32,000 bases of DNA from Aliivibrio fischeri ES114 (lineage in GTDB: Bacteria > Pseudomonadota > Gammaproteobacteria > Enterobacterales > Vibrionaceae), in assembly GCF_000011805.1 (NCBI RefSeq), contig NC_006840.2, one strand, 5' to 3'. Under the pieces are notes generated by a model that was given only the letters and a program-made list of their open reading frames with translations, did no database searches and was not told the DNA's origin. Positions 29,344 to 32,000 of this stretch are shown here, piece by piece; the stretch's first letter is position 1; the number at the start of each line of letters is the position of its first letter. The position numbers and the translations under genes are program-made.

Positions 29344-29500
29344 GACATCATCCTTAATCAATTTGATTCTTGCTGAAACTCTACCATGAATAACATTACA
29401 GTTTCTATGGATACCAAAAACAAACACCTAAGCTACTTTATTCAGCACAGCCCCTCCATTACAATGGAGTCAACCATACTAATAATGAATAGAGATATAC

Positions 29501-30412
29501 ATGTTAAAGCAAGCCAAACAAATGATTGTGTTCAACGCCTTAACTCAACAACAAAGCTTTACCAAAGCCGCACAGCTTCTTGATATATCTCGAACTCAAG
29601 TAAGCCAACAAATTCAATTATTAGAAGAACGTTTAGGTGTCCAATTGGTTCAACGTACAACACGTTCATTTTCTCTAACTGAAGCAGGACAAACCTTCGC
29701 AGTTCATTGCGCTAATATCGCCGATGAAATTAACGAAGCTGAAAATGAATTGCTGACCAATATTGATAACTTGCAAGGTAAATTACGTGTTGGTATCGCG
29801 CAATCATTTGCTACCAACCACATTCTTCCTTACCTATCAGAGCTGCACCATGCTTATCCACAACTAAATATAGAGATCACTTTGTTCGATCATAAGATCG
29901 ATGTGATTGCAGAGCAATTAGACTTATGGATAGGTGTCATGGATTCCCCACCAGAAGGATTTGTTGCACGTCACCTAATTGATTGCCACTTTGTATTAGT
30001 TGCAAGTCCGCTATACCTGGCAAAGCAAGGGATCCCTTACCATCCTTATGACTTAAAAAAGCATAATTGCTTAACCTATATCAGTAGAGAGCGTAAAGAT
30101 GACGTCTGGGGTTTTCATAAAGAGGATGAAAACCTCCAGATAAAAGTGTCTGGTAACTACCGTATTGACTCAGCTGATGCCATTCGTAATGCCACCATAG
30201 CAGGTAATGGTATTGGTTATATTGCCACTTATCTTCTTTCTGATGAATTGCAAGCAGGTAAACTTGTTCAACTCTTGCCTGATTGGGAATTAAACCAATC
30301 AATGCCCCTATATGCCGTTTATCCAAGACGAAAATTCTTGCCTAAGAAGGTACATGTTTTCATGGAATTTGTTCGTCAGCATATTAATGAAACACAAATT
30401 GGTAAAATTTAA
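29501..30412 (+). CDS. LysR-family transcriptional regulator
   Basis: 303 aa; N-terminal HTH LTQQQSFTKAAQLLDISRTQVSQQIQLLEERLGVQLVQRTTRSFSLTEAG. Confidence 0.92.
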   Translation: MLKQAKQMIVFNALTQQQSFTKAAQLLDISRTQVSQQIQLLEERLGVQLVQRTTRSFSLTEAGQTFAVHCANIADEINEAENELLTNIDNLQGKLRVGIAQSFATNHILPYLSELHHAYPQLNIEITLFDHKIDVIAEQLDLWIGVMDSPPEGFVARHLIDCHFVLVASPLYLAKQGIPYHPYDLKKHNCLTYISRERKDDVWGFHKEDENLQIKVSGNYRIDSADAIRNATIAGNGIGYIATYLLSDELQAGKLVQLLPDWELNQSMPLYAVYPRRKFLPKKVHVFMEFVRQHINETQIGKI

Positions 30413-30492
30413 TCATTTTACTGATGGGATTATTAATCAAAAATCCACCACAATTGTTTCATATAATAAAAACTAACTTCTAAATATGTGAT

Positions 30493-30516
30493 AAAAGCCT
30501 CAATTAAGAGGTTTTT
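30493..30516 (+). terminator. Terminator after LysR gene
   Basis: AAAAGCCTC-aattaa-GAGGTTTTT. Confidence 0.7.
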
Positions 30517-30574
30517 GTCTACTAATCCAACAAATAAGCCTTTTTTTGTTATCACGATGTTTTTAGCTTAACAA

Positions 30575-30590
30575 TTTGATCCTTGTCACA
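30575..30590. promoter_or_regulatory. Candidate CRP site upstream of nupC
   Basis: TTTGATCCTTGTCACA; reverse complement TGTGAcaaggaTCAAA against TGTGAnnnnnnTCACA (one mismatch). Confidence 0.45.
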
Positions 30591-30651
30591 TTTTTATTTT
30601 TGAATAGAATACCTCCGCAATCATTACACTAGATACTTTTGGAGTTTGACC

Positions 30652-31872
30652 GTGAACTTTTTGGTCAGTATTTTAGGCATTGTTTGCCTATTCGCGATTG
30701 CAATTCTTTTCTCAGAAAACCGTCAAGCCATAAAATGGAGAACAGTATTAGGTGCTTTCCTAATTCAACTGTTATTTGCCGGTTTTATCTTATACGTTCC
30801 TATTGGTCGAACTATTCTAAATAGTATTTCTATGGCAGTATCAAGCATTATTGATTATGGTCGTGTAGGTACAGAATTCCTTTTTGGTGATCTTGCACAG
30901 TACAAACTGGGCTTCATTTTTGCCGTCAACGTTTTACCTACGATTGTATTCTTCTCTGCTCTTATCTCAGTACTCTATTACCTAGGTGTTATGGGTTGGG
31001 TTATTCGCACCATTGGTGGCGGATTACAACGCTTCTTAGGTACAACTCGTACAGAATCTATGTCTGCAACCGCAAATATTTTTGTTGGTTCTGTTGAAGC
31101 ACCACTGGTTGTTCGCCCTTTCCTTGCAAAAATGTCACGCTCTGAACTGTTTGCTGTTATGGTTGGTGGTCTTGCCTCTGTAGCTGGCGGTACAATGGTT
31201 GGTTACGCAGGATTAGGTGTTGAACTTAGATACTTAATTGCCGCAAGTTTCATGTCAGCACCTGCTGGCCTAATGATGGCAAAACTTTTGGTTCCTCAAA
31301 CAGAAGAAATCAATGAAGCAGAACAATACTCAGAAGATGAAGTTGATGATGCTCCAGTAAACATTATTGATGCCGCTTCACAAGGTGCATTAAATGGCTT
31401 ACAAATTGTATTTGCTGTTGGTGCGAGCTTATTAGCTATTATTAGCTTAATTGCACTACTAAATGGTGGCTTACATAAATTAGGATTATTTGTTGGCTTA
31501 GACAATTTAAGCTTAGAGTTAATCTTTGGTTACCTATTTGCACCTGTAGCATGGTTAATCGGTGTTCCATGGTCAGAGGCAACAATTGCAGCAAGTCTAA
31601 TCGGTAAAAAAATTGCGATTAATGAATTCGTAGCTTTTGCTGATCTAATGGCAGTAAAAGATCAATTAAGTGAACATTCTCAAGCTATCGTTACCTTTGC
31701 CTTATGTGGCTTTGCTAACTTAACCTCTATTGCAATGTTAATGGGTGGTTTAGGAGGTGTAGTACCAAGCCGTCGCCCTGATATCGCACGTTTAGGTATG
31801 AAAGCAATCTTTGCAGCAACATTAGCAAACTTAATGAGTGCAACCGTTGCAGGCATCTTCCTGTCTTTCTAA
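30652..31872 (+). CDS. nupC: NupC-family concentrative nucleoside transporter (GTG start)
   Basis: GGAG at 30641-30644 fits GTG 30652 rather than TTG 30646; FVGSVEAPLVVRPFLAKMSRSELFAVMVGGLASVAGGTMVGYAGLGV and ALCGFANLTSIAMLMGGLGG family motifs. Confidence 0.93.
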   Translation: MNFLVSILGIVCLFAIAILFSENRQAIKWRTVLGAFLIQLLFAGFILYVPIGRTILNSISMAVSSIIDYGRVGTEFLFGDLAQYKLGFIFAVNVLPTIVFFSALISVLYYLGVMGWVIRTIGGGLQRFLGTTRTESMSATANIFVGSVEAPLVVRPFLAKMSRSELFAVMVGGLASVAGGTMVGYAGLGVELRYLIAASFMSAPAGLMMAKLLVPQTEEINEAEQYSEDEVDDAPVNIIDAASQGALNGLQIVFAVGASLLAIISLIALLNGGLHKLGLFVGLDNLSLELIFGYLFAPVAWLIGVPWSEATIAASLIGKKIAINEFVAFADLMAVKDQLSEHSQAIVTFALCGFANLTSIAMLMGGLGGVVPSRRPDIARLGMKAIFAATLANLMSATVAGIFLSF

Positions 31873-31888
31873 TAGTAAGTAAGACAAT

Positions 31889-31926
31889 AAAAAGCCACTT
31901 GTGAGTAATCATAAGTGGCTTTTTTC
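31889..31926 (+). terminator. Terminator after nupC
   Basis: AAAAAGCCACTT...AAGTGGCTTTTTT. Confidence 0.88.
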
Positions 31927-31943
31927 GTTAATGAAGAACGTAA

Positions 31944-32000
31944 TTACAGCTTAGTCATTCGATTTAGAACAAATGAGTCAATAGCTCCATCAACTGTTTT
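31944..32000 (-). CDS. Possible 3' end of a minus-strand gene truncated by window end
   Basis: Minus strand open to window edge: ...KTVDGAIDSFVLNRMTKL*; only 18 residues visible, abutting the nupC terminator. Confidence 0.35.
   Translation of the reverse strand, partial: KTVDGAIDSFVLNRMTKL

Noticed and set aside
29386-29583. ORF 29386..29583 + upstream of the LysR gene
   Set aside because: Overlaps the LysR start in another frame and the intergenic dyad; no family features.
1-32000. CRISPR arrays, tRNA/rRNA genes, IS elements, prophage or defence modules
   Set aside because: Read for regularly spaced repeats, cloverleaf-like genes, transposase or integrase ORFs and found none; gene order is compact and housekeeping in character.

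Overview
The gene order looks like a conserved, largely housekeeping chromosome segment of the Vibrionaceae (Aliivibrio/Vibrio-like). In order it carries: uup 3' end; a DUF3466-type secreted/anchored protein; rmf (missed by the ORF track); fabA; a Lon-like protease; matP; a YceB-like DUF1439 lipoprotein; a FIST-domain protein plus hybrid histidine kinase pair (NosP/NahK or VpsS-like); a small anchored periplasmic protein divergent from the cbb3 oxidase operon ccoNOQP; ccoH, ccoI, ccoS (ccoS missed by the ORF track) and a TauE/SafE-like protein; fnr with an upstream FNR box; uspE; ttcA; a DUF2987 protein; a glucosaminidase-like lipoprotein; a membrane protein; potABC with two tandem potD paralogues; cobB; a LysR regulator; nupC. 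I found no tRNA/rRNA, CRISPR array, transposon or phage module. The items most worth following up are the putative NO-sensing FIST/kinase pair with its small uncharacterised partner next to the cbb3 locus, a 23-bp perfect palindrome upstream of rmf, a structured potA leader with a mini-ORF, and the tandem potD duplication. All family calls are from recalled motifs and synteny; no database search was run.
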